From positions 12,912-76,911 of the forward strand of contig CANSKZ010000001.1 in assembly GCA_947647595.1 (NCBI GenBank): a DNA stretch of 64,000 bases, given 5' to 3'. Within the stretch, counting starts at the first letter, position 1, and the number at the start of each line of letters is the position of its first letter. Position numbers and translations under genes: made by a program. The notes beneath the pieces are model-generated. The model saw only the letters and a program-made list of their open reading frames with translations. It made no database searches and was not told the origin of the DNA. The DNA is from an uncultured Clostridium sp. GTDB taxonomy: Bacteria; Bacillota; Clostridia; TANB77; CAG-508. This document shows positions 9,501 through 20,000 of this stretch, piece by piece.

Positions 9501-10956
9501 AGAGGTTATTGTAGAATATAAAGATGTAAACAACAACACAAATTATACTTTTAAGATAGAGGATACAACTGGAAAACAACAAACTAAAACAGTAACTATT
9601 TTGAATATTGACAAATTGCAACCAATCGTAACAAGTTTGAACATAATAAATATAGATTCAGGTTTTGCTATAGAAGTAGAAGCAAATGATGCTGATGCAA
9701 CCGAAGAATATGCCCAAAGTGGAATTGATTATATTGAATATTATATAACAGATGCTAATAAAAAAACGACTCAATATGCTACCAAAGAAATAACTGGGTT
9801 GCCAATTGGAAGTTATCAAGTATATGTTGTGGTTTATGATAAGGCTGGAAATAGTGTGCAATCAGAAACAATTGAAAAGAAAGTTGCCATTCGTTTTGAT
9901 AAAATCTTTGCAGGAAAATATGCAGGATTTGGATTGGATAAAGAAGGAAGATTGTTCGGTTGGGGAATGGCAAATACAATTGAATTAGAAAATGGATATT
10001 TAAATACTAACAAACCAATACAGTTGTTTGAAGGGATGGAATTTAAAGAATTAGCACCAAGTGATGACCAATATTTAGCAATTGACAAAGAGGATAATTT
10101 ATGGGCCTGGGGAAGAAATACGTATGGCGAGTTAGGAAATGGAAGTAGCCAAAATGCAGTATTTCCAATTCAGAAGATACAAGAAGGAATGAAATTTAAA
10201 GAAATAGCAGTAATACAAGGTTTAAGCAAAGGAATAGACCAAGAGGGCAATCTATTTAGCTGGGGAGCATGTTATTTGGGTGATGGAACGAATAAAACTG
10301 CAAAACTACCTCTAAAAATACAAGAAAGCACAAAATTTAGGAAGATTAAAGTCGGTGGACTTATAAATAATTATTGGAATCATAGTGTTGCAATTGATGA
10401 AAATGGTGATTTATGGACGTGGGGAAACAATAGCTTTTGTGAATTAGGAAATGGAACAATGCAGAATTCTAAAGTACCCGTAAAAATAAGTCAAGGAATT
10501 AAATTCAAAGAAATATCGACAGCAGAAGAAGCACAATGCACATTTGCAATTGATGAAGAAGGAAACCTATGGGCATGGGGATATAATGCATATGGACAGT
10601 TGGGAATTGGAACGACAGAAAATTATGCAAATATTCCAACGAAAATAGCAGAAGGAACGAAATTTAAAACAGTATCAACAGGATATTATTATTCTGTTGC
10701 AATTGATGAAGAAGGAAACTTATGGTCGTGGGGATATAATAATCAAGGACAATTGGGTAATGGAACGACAAAAGATTCAAATATACCAACTAAAGTACAA
10801 GTTGATGCAAAATTCAAATCTGTTTCAGCAGGTTATGATTTTTGTTTAGCAATTGATGAAAATGGAACTTTGTGGGCATGGGGAATGAATTTGAATGGGC
10901 AATTTGGCAATGGAACGACTAAAAACTCAAGGATTCCAATAAAAGTTAATGAATAG
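9484..10956 (+). CDS. RCC1-repeat (7-bladed beta-propeller type) protein; the frame is open from 9484, and a TTG at 9601 is the first in-frame start listed in the ORF track
   Basis: Seven repeats of the form WGxNxxGQLGxGT(T/S) (RCC1/BLIP-II type). The frame is open upstream to 9484 and adjoins the previous ORF across a G5 tract, consistent with one gene of about 660 aa carrying a 1-nt indel. Confidence 0.6.
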   Translation, partial: SIGGDKEVIVEYKDVNNNTNYTFKIEDTTGKQQTKTVTILNIDKLQPIVTSLNIINIDSGFAIEVEANDADATEEYAQSGIDYIEYYITDANKKTTQYATKEITGLPIGSYQVYVVVYDKAGNSVQSETIEKKVAIRFDKIFAGKYAGFGLDKEGRLFGWGMANTIELENGYLNTNKPIQLFEGMEFKELAPSDDQYLAIDKEDNLWAWGRNTYGELGNGSSQNAVFPIQKIQEGMKFKEIAVIQGLSKGIDQEGNLFSWGACYLGDGTNKTAKLPLKIQESTKFRKIKVGGLINNYWNHSVAIDENGDLWTWGNNSFCELGNGTMQNSKVPVKISQGIKFKEISTAEEAQCTFAIDEEGNLWAWGYNAYGQLGIGTTENYANIPTKIAEGTKFKTVSTGYYYSVAIDEEGNLWSWGYNNQGQLGNGTTKDSNIPTKVQVDAKFKSVSAGYDFCLAIDENGTLWAWGMNLNGQFGNGTTKNSRIPIKVNE

Positions 10957-10961
10957 AAAAT

Positions 10962-11008
10962 AAAGCAATTGTAAAATTAAAACATTTTTTACAATTGCTT
11001 TATTTTTA
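10962..11008 (+). terminator. rho-independent terminator (15-bp perfect stem)
   Basis: aaagcaattgtaaaa...ttttacaattgcttt followed by ATTTTTATT. Confidence 0.75.
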
Positions 11009-11168
11009 TTGGTTAACTATCTTTACTTTTTTTGATTTATGAAATAAAATAAAGAAAGGTAAAATAGAGGATAAAGATAGAGCAAATTTCATTAGTGGAA
11101 TACAAAAAACCATTTTTCAGAAAACTATGGAATTTTATCAAAAAATTTTGGAATAGGAGATAAAAAGC

Positions 11169-13319
11169 ATGACAAACAAAATCTATCAAAAAATAGCAGA
11201 GGAATTACAAATTCGCGAATCGCAAGTGGAAAGTACGGTAAAACTAATCGATGATGGAAATACGATTCCGTTTATTGCACGTTATAGAAAGGAAGCAACA
11301 GGGAATTTAAGTGATGAACTTTTGCGTGAATTAGACGAACGTCTAAAATATTTGCGTAATTTGGAAGCAAGAAAAGAAGAAATTATTCGTCTAATCGATG
11401 AGCAAGGAAAATTAACGGATGAATTGACTGTAAAAATTGCTAGCACAATGATTTTATCAGAATTAGAAGATATTTATAGGCCGTTTAAACCGAAGAAAAG
11501 AACACGTGCAACCATTGCAAAAGAGAAAGGTTTGGAGCCACTTAGCAATATTATTTATTTGCAAAGTGAGAAAAAGGATTTATTTGAGGTTGCTAAAGAA
11601 TATATTGACGAGGAAAAAGGTGTCAATTCAGAAGAAGAGGCAATTGATGGGGCATTGGATATTATTGCAGAAAATATTGCAGATAATGCGGATTTTAGAA
11701 AAAGAATTAAGTCGTTTTGTTTCCGTGAAGCCGTAATTTCTTCTAAAGTAGCAAAAGAGGAAAAATCACCTTATGAAATGTATTATGATTATAGTGAAGC
11801 CATTTTGAAGATGCCGAGTCATCGAATTTTGGCTATTAATCGTGGAGAAAAAGAAGAATTTTTGAAAGTAAAATTGGAAAAGCCAGAAGAGAAAATTATT
11901 GATTATTTGAAGAAACAAATTATACAAGATTATAAAAGTCAGTTTGCTGAGGTTTTGGAAAGAGCGATTGTGGATTCGTATAAAAGATTAATCGAACCTT
12001 CAATTGAGCGAGAAATTCGTTCTGATTTAACAGAAAAAGCAGAAGAACAAGCCATTAAAGTATTTGGAAAAAATGCAAAACAACTTTTATTGCAACCACC
12101 AATCAAAAATATGACCGTTATGGGATTTGACCCAGCTTACAGAACTGGTTGCAAAATTGCAGTGATTGACAAAACAGGAAAAGTGCTAGCAACCACAACC
12201 GTTTATCCAACCGAACCACAAAATGACGTAGAAGGAGCAAAAAAGGTTTTAAAAGATTTAATCAAAAAACATCATATCAATATGGTTGCCATTGGAAATG
12301 GCACCGCTTCACGTGAATCAGAAATGTTTGTTTCTGATATGATAAAAGAAATCGAAGGCGAAATTTATTATGCCATTGTGAGCGAAGCAGGAGCATCTGT
12401 GTATTCTGCTTCAAAATTGGCAACAGAGGAATATCCAGATATTAATGTTTCCCTTCGTGGTGCGATTTCGATTGCACGTAGGTTACAAGATCCACTTTCT
12501 GAATTGGTAAAAATTGATCCAAAATCAATTGGTGTTGGTCAATATCAGCATGATGTGAATCAAAAGAGATTGAATGAAAGTTTGAGTGGCGTTGTGGAAG
12601 ATGCCGTAAATTCAGTTGGTGTGGATGTGAATACAGCGACTCCTTCGTTGCTTTCTTATGTTTCGGGAATTAATGAAAGCGTTGCAAAAAATATTGTAAA
12701 ATATCGTGATGAAAATGGGGAATTGAAACAAAGAAAAGAGTTGCTAAAAGTGCCGAAATTAGGTCCAGCAGCATTTAAGCAATGTGCAGGATTCATCCGA
12801 ATTTTTGGTGGAAAAAATCCGTTGGAGGTTACCAGTGTGCATCCAGAAAGTTATGAAATCGCAGAAAAGTTATTAACAAATTTTGGATATTCTGTGGAAA
12901 ACTTATCGGATAAAGAAAAGTTGGAGACGATGAAATCAGATTTTAAGAAAATAAATGTGGAAAAGACAGCACAAGAATTGGGTGTAGGAAGTTTGACATT
13001 GCGAGATATTATAGATGAATTGTCAAGACCAGGCAGGGACCCAAGAGAGGATTTGCCAAAGCCGATTTTACGTAGTGACGTTCTAAAATTTGAAGATTTA
13101 CAGCAAGGAATGGAACTGACAGGAACGGTAAGAAATGTTATTGATTTTGGAGCGTTTGTGGATATTGGGGTGAAATATGATGGATTGGTGCATATTTCAG
13201 AAATGTCGGATAAATATATTAAAAATCCGTCAGAAGTTGTGTCTGTTGGAGATATTGTGAAAGTTAAAGTTATTGGAATTGACCAAGAGAAACATAAAGT
13301 AAGTTTAAGTATGAAATAG
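11169..13319 (+). CDS. tex: transcription accessory protein Tex (YqgF/RNase H-like, HhH and S1 domains)
   Basis: 716 aa. The N-terminal Tex region, YqgF domain, helix-hairpin-helix region and C-terminal S1 domain (GTVRNVIDFGAFVDIG...VHISE) are all conserved. RBS GGAGA. Confidence 0.9.
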   Translation: MTNKIYQKIAEELQIRESQVESTVKLIDDGNTIPFIARYRKEATGNLSDELLRELDERLKYLRNLEARKEEIIRLIDEQGKLTDELTVKIASTMILSELEDIYRPFKPKKRTRATIAKEKGLEPLSNIIYLQSEKKDLFEVAKEYIDEEKGVNSEEEAIDGALDIIAENIADNADFRKRIKSFCFREAVISSKVAKEEKSPYEMYYDYSEAILKMPSHRILAINRGEKEEFLKVKLEKPEEKIIDYLKKQIIQDYKSQFAEVLERAIVDSYKRLIEPSIEREIRSDLTEKAEEQAIKVFGKNAKQLLLQPPIKNMTVMGFDPAYRTGCKIAVIDKTGKVLATTTVYPTEPQNDVEGAKKVLKDLIKKHHINMVAIGNGTASRESEMFVSDMIKEIEGEIYYAIVSEAGASVYSASKLATEEYPDINVSLRGAISIARRLQDPLSELVKIDPKSIGVGQYQHDVNQKRLNESLSGVVEDAVNSVGVDVNTATPSLLSYVSGINESVAKNIVKYRDENGELKQRKELLKVPKLGPAAFKQCAGFIRIFGGKNPLEVTSVHPESYEIAEKLLTNFGYSVENLSDKEKLETMKSDFKKINVEKTAQELGVGSLTLRDIIDELSRPGRDPREDLPKPILRSDVLKFEDLQQGMELTGTVRNVIDFGAFVDIGVKYDGLVHISEMSDKYIKNPSEVVSVGDIVKVKVIGIDQEKHKVSLSMK

Positions 13320-13324
13320 GAAAA

Positions 13325-13362
13325 GGAGCTGTAAAAAGTAGAATTTTTTTACAGCTCCCACC
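13325..13362. terminator. bidirectional rho-independent terminator between tex (+) and a small minus-strand ORF
   Basis: Perfect palindrome gagctgtaaaaa...tttttacagctc with A/T runs on both sides. Confidence 0.6.
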
Positions 13363-13370
13363 AAAGAAAA

Positions 13371-13496
13371 TTATTTCTCAGTTTTTTCTTTGTCTCTTTT
13401 TCTTTCTCTTGCAAGAAAAGCGTAAAAGTCTAAGAATGTGGGGAATGGTGGTAAACTACCAATCTTACTATCTTTTTTTGCAGTTGTATTATTCAT
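13371..13496 (-). CDS. small hypothetical protein (41 aa, basic/charged)
   Basis: Strong RBS GGAGGAG 6 nt upstream of the ATG (reverse complement of 13497-13512). It ends at the bidirectional terminator. Below the ORF-track size cutoff. Confidence 0.35.
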   Translation of the reverse strand: MNNTTAKKDSKIGSLPPFPTFLDFYAFLARERKRDKEKTEK

Positions 13497-13630
13497 TGTT
13501 GTCTCCTCCTAAAATTTTATATATTATAATTATTATATTATGTTTACATAAAATTGTCAAGGGGATATAACTGTTATAATGATGATAGAAATTGGAGGAA
13601 TTAGAGAAAATTTAAAAAAGAATAGACAAA

Positions 13631-13653
13631 GGACATTCGTTTTGCGAATGTCC
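13631..13653. terminator. hairpin terminator downstream of the response-regulator gene
   Basis: ggacattcg-tttt-g-cgaatgtcc, a 9-bp stem flanked by A and T runs. Confidence 0.45.
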
Positions 13654-13779
13654 TTTTATAGAATTTTAGAAAGAAGGTTTTTTGGAGAAGTGTGGTATTT
13701 TTTTGCTTTAATCGGATTTCTGGAAAAAAAGAACGCTTATTGTTAAAATTTTTATCTAACAAAGGGCGTTCACTTTATT

Positions 13780-14853
13780 TTAAGAAGGATTGTTTGTATC
13801 ATATTTTCTTTGTATTTCTTCAATCTCCTCATAATGATTTCTCAAAATTTCTAAAAATACTTTAGCAATTTTAGGGTCAAATTGTGTACCAGAACATTTT
13901 TCGATTTCTTCGGTTACGACTTCAAGTGGTAACGCATTTCGGTAAGAACGTTTGGATGTCATGGCATCAAATGTATCAGCTACGGCTGCAATTCTGGCAA
14001 ATAATGGAATATTTTCTCCAGATAAACCTAAAGGATAACCTCGTCCATCAAATTTTTCATGATGATGAAAAACGATTGGTACAATATCTTGAAAAATAGT
14101 CGCATTGGCAAGAATATGTTTTCCAATGGCAGGATGATTTTTGATTTGTGAATATTCCTCGTCTGTCAATTTTGCTTCTTTTAATAAAATACTGTCTGGA
14201 ATTCCAATTTTTCCAATGTCATGGAAAAGTCCACCAATTTTTAGGGTATGTAAATCATCTTCTGATAATCCCATATATTTTCCAATCAAAACAGAAAAAG
14301 CGGAAACTCTGTCAGAATGACCTCTAGTATAGGTATCTTTTGCTTCAACGGTGTGGCGAATGATTTCAATACTTTCCAAATAAGCTTTCTCTAAGTTTTC
14401 ACGTGATTCTTTTAATTCTTCATTAATTTCTTGAATCATTTGCATTTGTTTAATAGATTTTATGGCTGATTCGATTAATAATAATAATTGGTCAAATTTA
14501 TCACTTTTTTCACAATAGCCTTGAATAGATAAACGTTTGATGGTTTCTAATGGTGGCGCTAAATCTTTGTGACCTGTTAATAAAATAATGTATAATTCTT
14601 GATTGAATTTTCGGATTTCTTCTACCACTTGGTCACCATGAATTGGTGTCATGATAAAGTCTAGAAGCATTAAATCAAAATGTTCGTTTTTGACACGTTC
14701 AATGGCTTCTAAAGGATTGGTACAACCAACTAGAGTATAACCAGAACGACGCAAAAATACAGATAAAGAATCAATGATTCCACCTTCGTCGTCTACTGCG
14801 ATAATTTTATAATTATTTTTTTCAGAAGTGTTGTTTTGTTCAGAAAGTCTCAT
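13780..14853 (-). CDS. response regulator with REC receiver domain fused to an HD-GYP c-di-GMP phosphodiesterase domain
   Basis: N-terminal receiver domain (IIAVDDEGG...LMLLDFIMTP). C-terminal HD domain (LFHDIGKIGIP) with the HD-GYP signature HHHEKFDGRGYP. RBS AAGGAGG. Confidence 0.85.
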   Translation of the reverse strand: MRLSEQNNTSEKNNYKIIAVDDEGGIIDSLSVFLRRSGYTLVGCTNPLEAIERVKNEHFDLMLLDFIMTPIHGDQVVEEIRKFNQELYIILLTGHKDLAPPLETIKRLSIQGYCEKSDKFDQLLLLIESAIKSIKQMQMIQEINEELKESRENLEKAYLESIEIIRHTVEAKDTYTRGHSDRVSAFSVLIGKYMGLSEDDLHTLKIGGLFHDIGKIGIPDSILLKEAKLTDEEYSQIKNHPAIGKHILANATIFQDIVPIVFHHHEKFDGRGYPLGLSGENIPLFARIAAVADTFDAMTSKRSYRNALPLEVVTEEIEKCSGTQFDPKIAKVFLEILRNHYEEIEEIQRKYDTNNPS

Positions 14854-14986
14854 GAAGTTAACCTCCTTTATGATTTTTCTTTATTGTACATTATTTTACG
14901 ACATTTAGTCAATATAATTTAGAGAAATTTGTCAAAAAGTTAAGAGAAAGAACGTTATAATCGTAGATGAATAGTTTAAGAACGTC

Positions 14987-15021
14987 GTAAAAAAATAAGA
15001 GATTTTTATAAATCTCTTATT
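14987..15021 (-). terminator. rho-independent terminator after the histidine-kinase gene (minus strand)
   Basis: aataagagattt...aaatctcttatt hairpin followed by a T7 run on the minus strand. Confidence 0.7.
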
Positions 15022-15028
15022 CGAAAAT

Positions 15029-17047
15029 TTAATTTTTAATAGGAAGTGTAATATAGAAAGTCGTTCCTTTCCCTAATTCTGTTTCATAATGCATGTCTCC
15101 ATTAAAATGAGCTTTGATATTGGAGTAGGACATAAACATACCAAGTCCAGTTCCGTTTTTTCCCTTGGTTGTAATCATTTCTTTGAATAATTTTTCTTGC
15201 GCCGTAGGTGATATACCAGGACCATAGTCTTTAACAGAAATGATAATATGACGATTGTTTTGAGTTGCAGTTAATTCGATTTTTTTGTTAGTATACTGAT
15301 TGCCATAGGCCTCAATTGAGTTAGAAATAATATTATTAATAATTTGTACTAAACTATTAATATTTCCAGAAAGTAAATCAGCGTCACCAACTTGATTTTG
15401 AATTTCTAATGTTGCTAAAGCATTTTTGATTTCGTGTTTCATTAGAATGTCAATACGTTTGAATAATTCAGCAACAGAAAATTCAACGGTTGCGTTATCT
15501 GCTAAAGTGGTGGTTTGACCTTTTACAGTAGTGATGACATCAGACATGTAAGAAATGTGTCCTTTTAATTTTTCAATCCATTCACGCATGTCTTTGGCAA
15601 TTTCATGCATATCTTCATTCGTAACAGAAGAATTTTCAATTGAGGCATCGTATTCGTTGATTAAATCAGATAAACCTTCAAGACCACCTGCTATGGAGAA
15701 AATAGGCGTTTTTAAATTGTGAGCAATTCCTCCAATCATTTGTCCAAGTGAAGCAAGACGTTCTTGTTCGACAAGTATATCTTGGTTAGTTTGGATTTCT
15801 TTTAAGTGAAGATTGGTTAGTTCCTCGATTTTATTGTATGAGTAAGCTAGGTCTCCGAATTCATCATTGGAGAGAATTGGGAGAAATGACTTGGAAGTAT
15901 AGTCATTTTCTTGAACAACGTGTTCTAAAGCTTCAGAAATGCTTGATATATTAGAAGATGTGTTACGTGACCAGATGTAAATGAAGAAACCATATAATAT
16001 TGATACTGCAATCATAATAGCAATATAAGAGTACATTAAAGAATAATCCGTAAAGCTATACTCAAATCCAATATACCAAATATTTCCATTTTCATCTAAT
16101 AAATCAATCATATAAGCCTGCTGTTCATAACCATAATATTCATAAATAATACCATTTGTTTGGTCAAAGAAATTTCTTAAATAAGCTAAGAAGAATTTTG
16201 ATATTTCTTTACTAGTATCTGATGTGTAAGAAATATTATTATTGGGTGATAGTATTATGTAATAATCAGAATCGGAATATAGTGGAATACTATCTAATTC
16301 GGATTGTAAACTTTCAAGTGAGATATCTGAAAAAGTTTTATTATTAAAATATGATTTGTAATAAGTTGCAATACAATTTGCTTTCTCGTTTGAAGTTTTT
16401 GCATATCCAAATAAAGAAATGATAATGATTGAAACGAGTAAAAATGGAATGATTTGTAGAATTAGATTAGAAGAGAATTTAATTCTAATTCCAGTATTTT
16501 TTTCAAAATTAGATGTTTTATCGTAAGTCAATAGAGAGATTTGTTTTAAATTTGCTTGTAAAAATATAAACTGTAATAAAGCAATAAGCACAATGATAGC
16601 AAGTAATGCTAAAGTATACTTTAATAAAAATATATTAGTAATATTTAGAAATATTACAAGTAAAAATGCTAATCCCAAGCATATTATTATTTCTGAAATG
16701 TAAAAAACATATGGAATATTGGCACAGTCTTTTCTAATTAGTTTAATTTCCTCGAAAGAAATATTTTTATTTGCATCATATTTTTTTAAAAAGGCATAGA
16801 TATTTCTCATTAAAAGGCTAATGATAATATAACATATTAATGTAGCAAATACGAATACAAAAGCATATTGTTGAACATGATTTAAAGATTCAACTTCATT
16901 TTGAAATTGAAGATTACCTTCAGTATAAGGTGGATAATTCATAATAATTGGTAATATTATATAGGAAGTTATTATCATAATAATATCAATTAATGATAAG
17001 AAAAAGAAGGTTTTTAATTTTAATTTTTTTGCAGTAGTGTGTTTCAT
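15029..17047 (-). CDS. sensor histidine kinase with a large multi-pass membrane N-terminal domain
   Basis: 672 aa. About 8 predicted TM helices, then a HisKA-like region (LASLGQMIGGIAHNLKTP) and a HATPase_c domain (GTGLGMFMSYSNIKAHFNGDMHYETELGKGTTFYITLP). Confidence 0.85.
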   Translation of the reverse strand: MKHTTAKKLKLKTFFFLSLIDIIMIITSYIILPIIMNYPPYTEGNLQFQNEVESLNHVQQYAFVFVFATLICYIIISLLMRNIYAFLKKYDANKNISFEEIKLIRKDCANIPYVFYISEIIICLGLAFLLVIFLNITNIFLLKYTLALLAIIVLIALLQFIFLQANLKQISLLTYDKTSNFEKNTGIRIKFSSNLILQIIPFLLVSIIIISLFGYAKTSNEKANCIATYYKSYFNNKTFSDISLESLQSELDSIPLYSDSDYYIILSPNNNISYTSDTSKEISKFFLAYLRNFFDQTNGIIYEYYGYEQQAYMIDLLDENGNIWYIGFEYSFTDYSLMYSYIAIMIAVSILYGFFIYIWSRNTSSNISSISEALEHVVQENDYTSKSFLPILSNDEFGDLAYSYNKIEELTNLHLKEIQTNQDILVEQERLASLGQMIGGIAHNLKTPIFSIAGGLEGLSDLINEYDASIENSSVTNEDMHEIAKDMREWIEKLKGHISYMSDVITTVKGQTTTLADNATVEFSVAELFKRIDILMKHEIKNALATLEIQNQVGDADLLSGNINSLVQIINNIISNSIEAYGNQYTNKKIELTATQNNRHIIISVKDYGPGISPTAQEKLFKEMITTKGKNGTGLGMFMSYSNIKAHFNGDMHYETELGKGTTFYITLPIKN

Positions 17048-17070
17048 AATTTATCCTTTCATTTATAAAA

Positions 17071-20000
17071 TTATGGTTTCATTTTTAAAGCAATATTAGT
17101 AATATTTTCAAAGTAATCTTTTGATATTTTTGTCCAATCAAAGCCTAAATCATTTAAAATTTCTAAAGTAATATTTTTTTCATATTTATTAAAGTCTGTA
17201 TAAAAAACAGATTTTATATATTCTACACCAATAGAATAATCAGTAGATAATTTTTTATAAAAAGCATCATCAGTAACAATTGAAAAATCGATATTTCGTT
17301 CTTTAAAAACATTAATGATAGAAGATAATTTTATGCTTTTATTAGACTCTATATGATATATTGTGTTGCAATAATCATGACTTAAAATTGTACTAATGGC
17401 ATTACAACATTCATCTACAGGTGTTAAATAAGTTTTAAAATTTAGTATTTTATTTGTAATAGTTCGTAAATTGCTTAGTGCATTTAATGCAAGTAAGAAT
17501 CCATTTTGATTATAATTTAATTGAAATGTACCATCTGATGTTCTAGGCATAATATTTCCGATTCTAAAAATTTTAGCATTTAAATTATTTTCTGAAATAC
17601 TTTTTAAAATACTTGTTTCAGCTTCATATTTAGAGATTAAATATGGATTTTTATGGAATATTTGGTTGATATTTAATGTGTTTTCTGTAAATGTTCTGTT
17701 TACATGTTTATTGTTATATCCATTTAAAGATAAAGTGGATATATGTGCTAAACTAATATTAAATTTTAAACATATTCTTATTAAATTATTTACTGTTTCA
17801 ACATTATCCATATAAAAAGTAGAATATTTACCAATATGTTTTACATTCGCTGCAGTGTTAATAATAGTTTGTATTTCTTTAAAAATTTTGTTGTAAGTAT
17901 TTTCTGATAAACCTAAATTATCTTTTCTTAAATCACCATTTAAAACAATAGTTTTCTTTTTAATTCTTCTACACGTATCTTCGTCAAAATAATCATGGAT
18001 TATTTTATCAAACCTCTCTTCACTACTAAGGTTTAGCTTTTGTCTTACAATACAATAGATTTTTTGAACTTCGTTGTTTTCAGTTAATTCTTTCAATAGA
18101 TGACTTCCTACAAATCCTGTTGTTCCTGTAAGCAAGATTTTATTTAAGTTCATGTTAGAAGATGCATTCTGGATTTGAATGTTAGAGCTTGAATTCGATT
18201 CATCTTCTGAAAACTCCTTTTTTAGCAAATAGGCTAAATCCTTTACGGTAGGATAATTGTATAAATCTTGTACAGAAATTTTTGAATTATTTAATTTTGA
18301 ATAAAGAGTAGCCATATTTAAGGAATCAATTCCTAAATCATCTTCGAAATCATCTGTAATAGAAAAATCGCAATTTGTGATTTCTTTTATTATATCATAT
18401 ATTTTTTTCTCAGTTGTATTAGTTGGTTGTGTATAATCATTTTTTTCTTCAATATAATCAGTGGCCATAGAAGCAAGTAATCTCTTATTAATTTTACCAT
18501 TTGTATTGACTGGAAATTTATCTAGTTCAATAATTTGTTTTGGTTTCATGAAGAAGGTAAGATGACTATCTAGTTCTTCTTTAATATCTGAAATGGTTAT
18601 ATTAGTAGAATCAGATTTTTTTGAAATAAAGAGAACAATAGAGTTAATATTGCGGATTGGTATAGAAACAACAGCAACATTTACAGATGAGCCTAATATT
18701 TTTTCAATTCTTTTTTCTACTTCTGTCAAGGATACCAAATATCCACCATTTACTTTTTTAAAGTCATCGATTCTTCCTAAATAATCTAGTTCCAAGTTTT
18801 CATTTATTCTAACAGTATCACCAGTTCGATATCCTTTAACCATTTTTTTGATAAGTGGATTATAGAATTTAATATATCGTTCTTTTGTTTTATCTTCTAA
18901 ATTTAAATATCCATTTGAGATATTTTTAATAGAAGTATCATCTTCATAGATAACCAATTCACCTTTTGCACCAATTGGTAATACTTCTTGACTATTATAA
19001 TCCATAATGACTGCACGAGCACAAGGGATTAATTTTCCAATAGGAGCATAATTATTTTCTACATCAAGATGATTGATTTTATGAGATGTAACATAAATAG
19101 TGACTTCAGTAGGACCACATACATTGTGAATAACTGTATTTGGAAATTTCTCATTCAAATATTTTAATTTTTGTGGTTTTGCAGCTTCTCCACCCATAGG
19201 GATAAATCTGATAGAGCTTACATCTGCTTGATACATTTCAGCAGCGTAAGATATTTGATAAAGCCAAGTTGGAACTGCAAGGAATTTTGTTACTTTTTCT
19301 TTTTCGATAAGTTTTACAACAGCTTCAGGATTAAGTTCTAATTGCTTTGGAAGAAGAACTAATTTTGCGCCGTTTAAAAATGTAGAGTAAATGTCATAAG
19401 AAAAAGCGTCAAAAGAACATTTCAAAATTGAAAAATGAATATCATCTGGTAAAAATTTCATATCTTCATGCAGATTCATACAATCCATAAAAGAGATGAC
19501 ATTTTCATGTTTTAATTTTACTCCTTTTGGTACTCCAGTTGAGCCAGAAGTATAAATTAGATAGCACAAATCATTTGGTTTGATATTGACTTCTGGACTG
19601 AGACAAGATTCTCCCAATAAATCATCAAATAATATTTGTTCTTGTAGGATATTTGTGCTGATTTGTGTAGAATATTTTTTCTCTGTAATTAAAAGAACAG
19701 ATTCACTATCTTTAATAATATATTCGGCACGACTTTGTTCTTCTTCTGGTAAAATTGCAATATAATAACAACCAGCTTTCATAATTCCTAGCATACTAAT
19801 AAGCATTTCAGGACTTTTATTAAAGATAATAGAAACAGCAGAGCCTTTTTTGATTTTTTTCTTAATAATAGTGTTTGCAACAGAATTAGCTTTTTTGTTT
19901 AATTCGTTATAAGTTATTTCAATATCATTATATTTTAGTGCAATTTTTGATTTGTTTTTATTTACTATTTTTTCAAATCTACTAATAATTGTATCATTTG

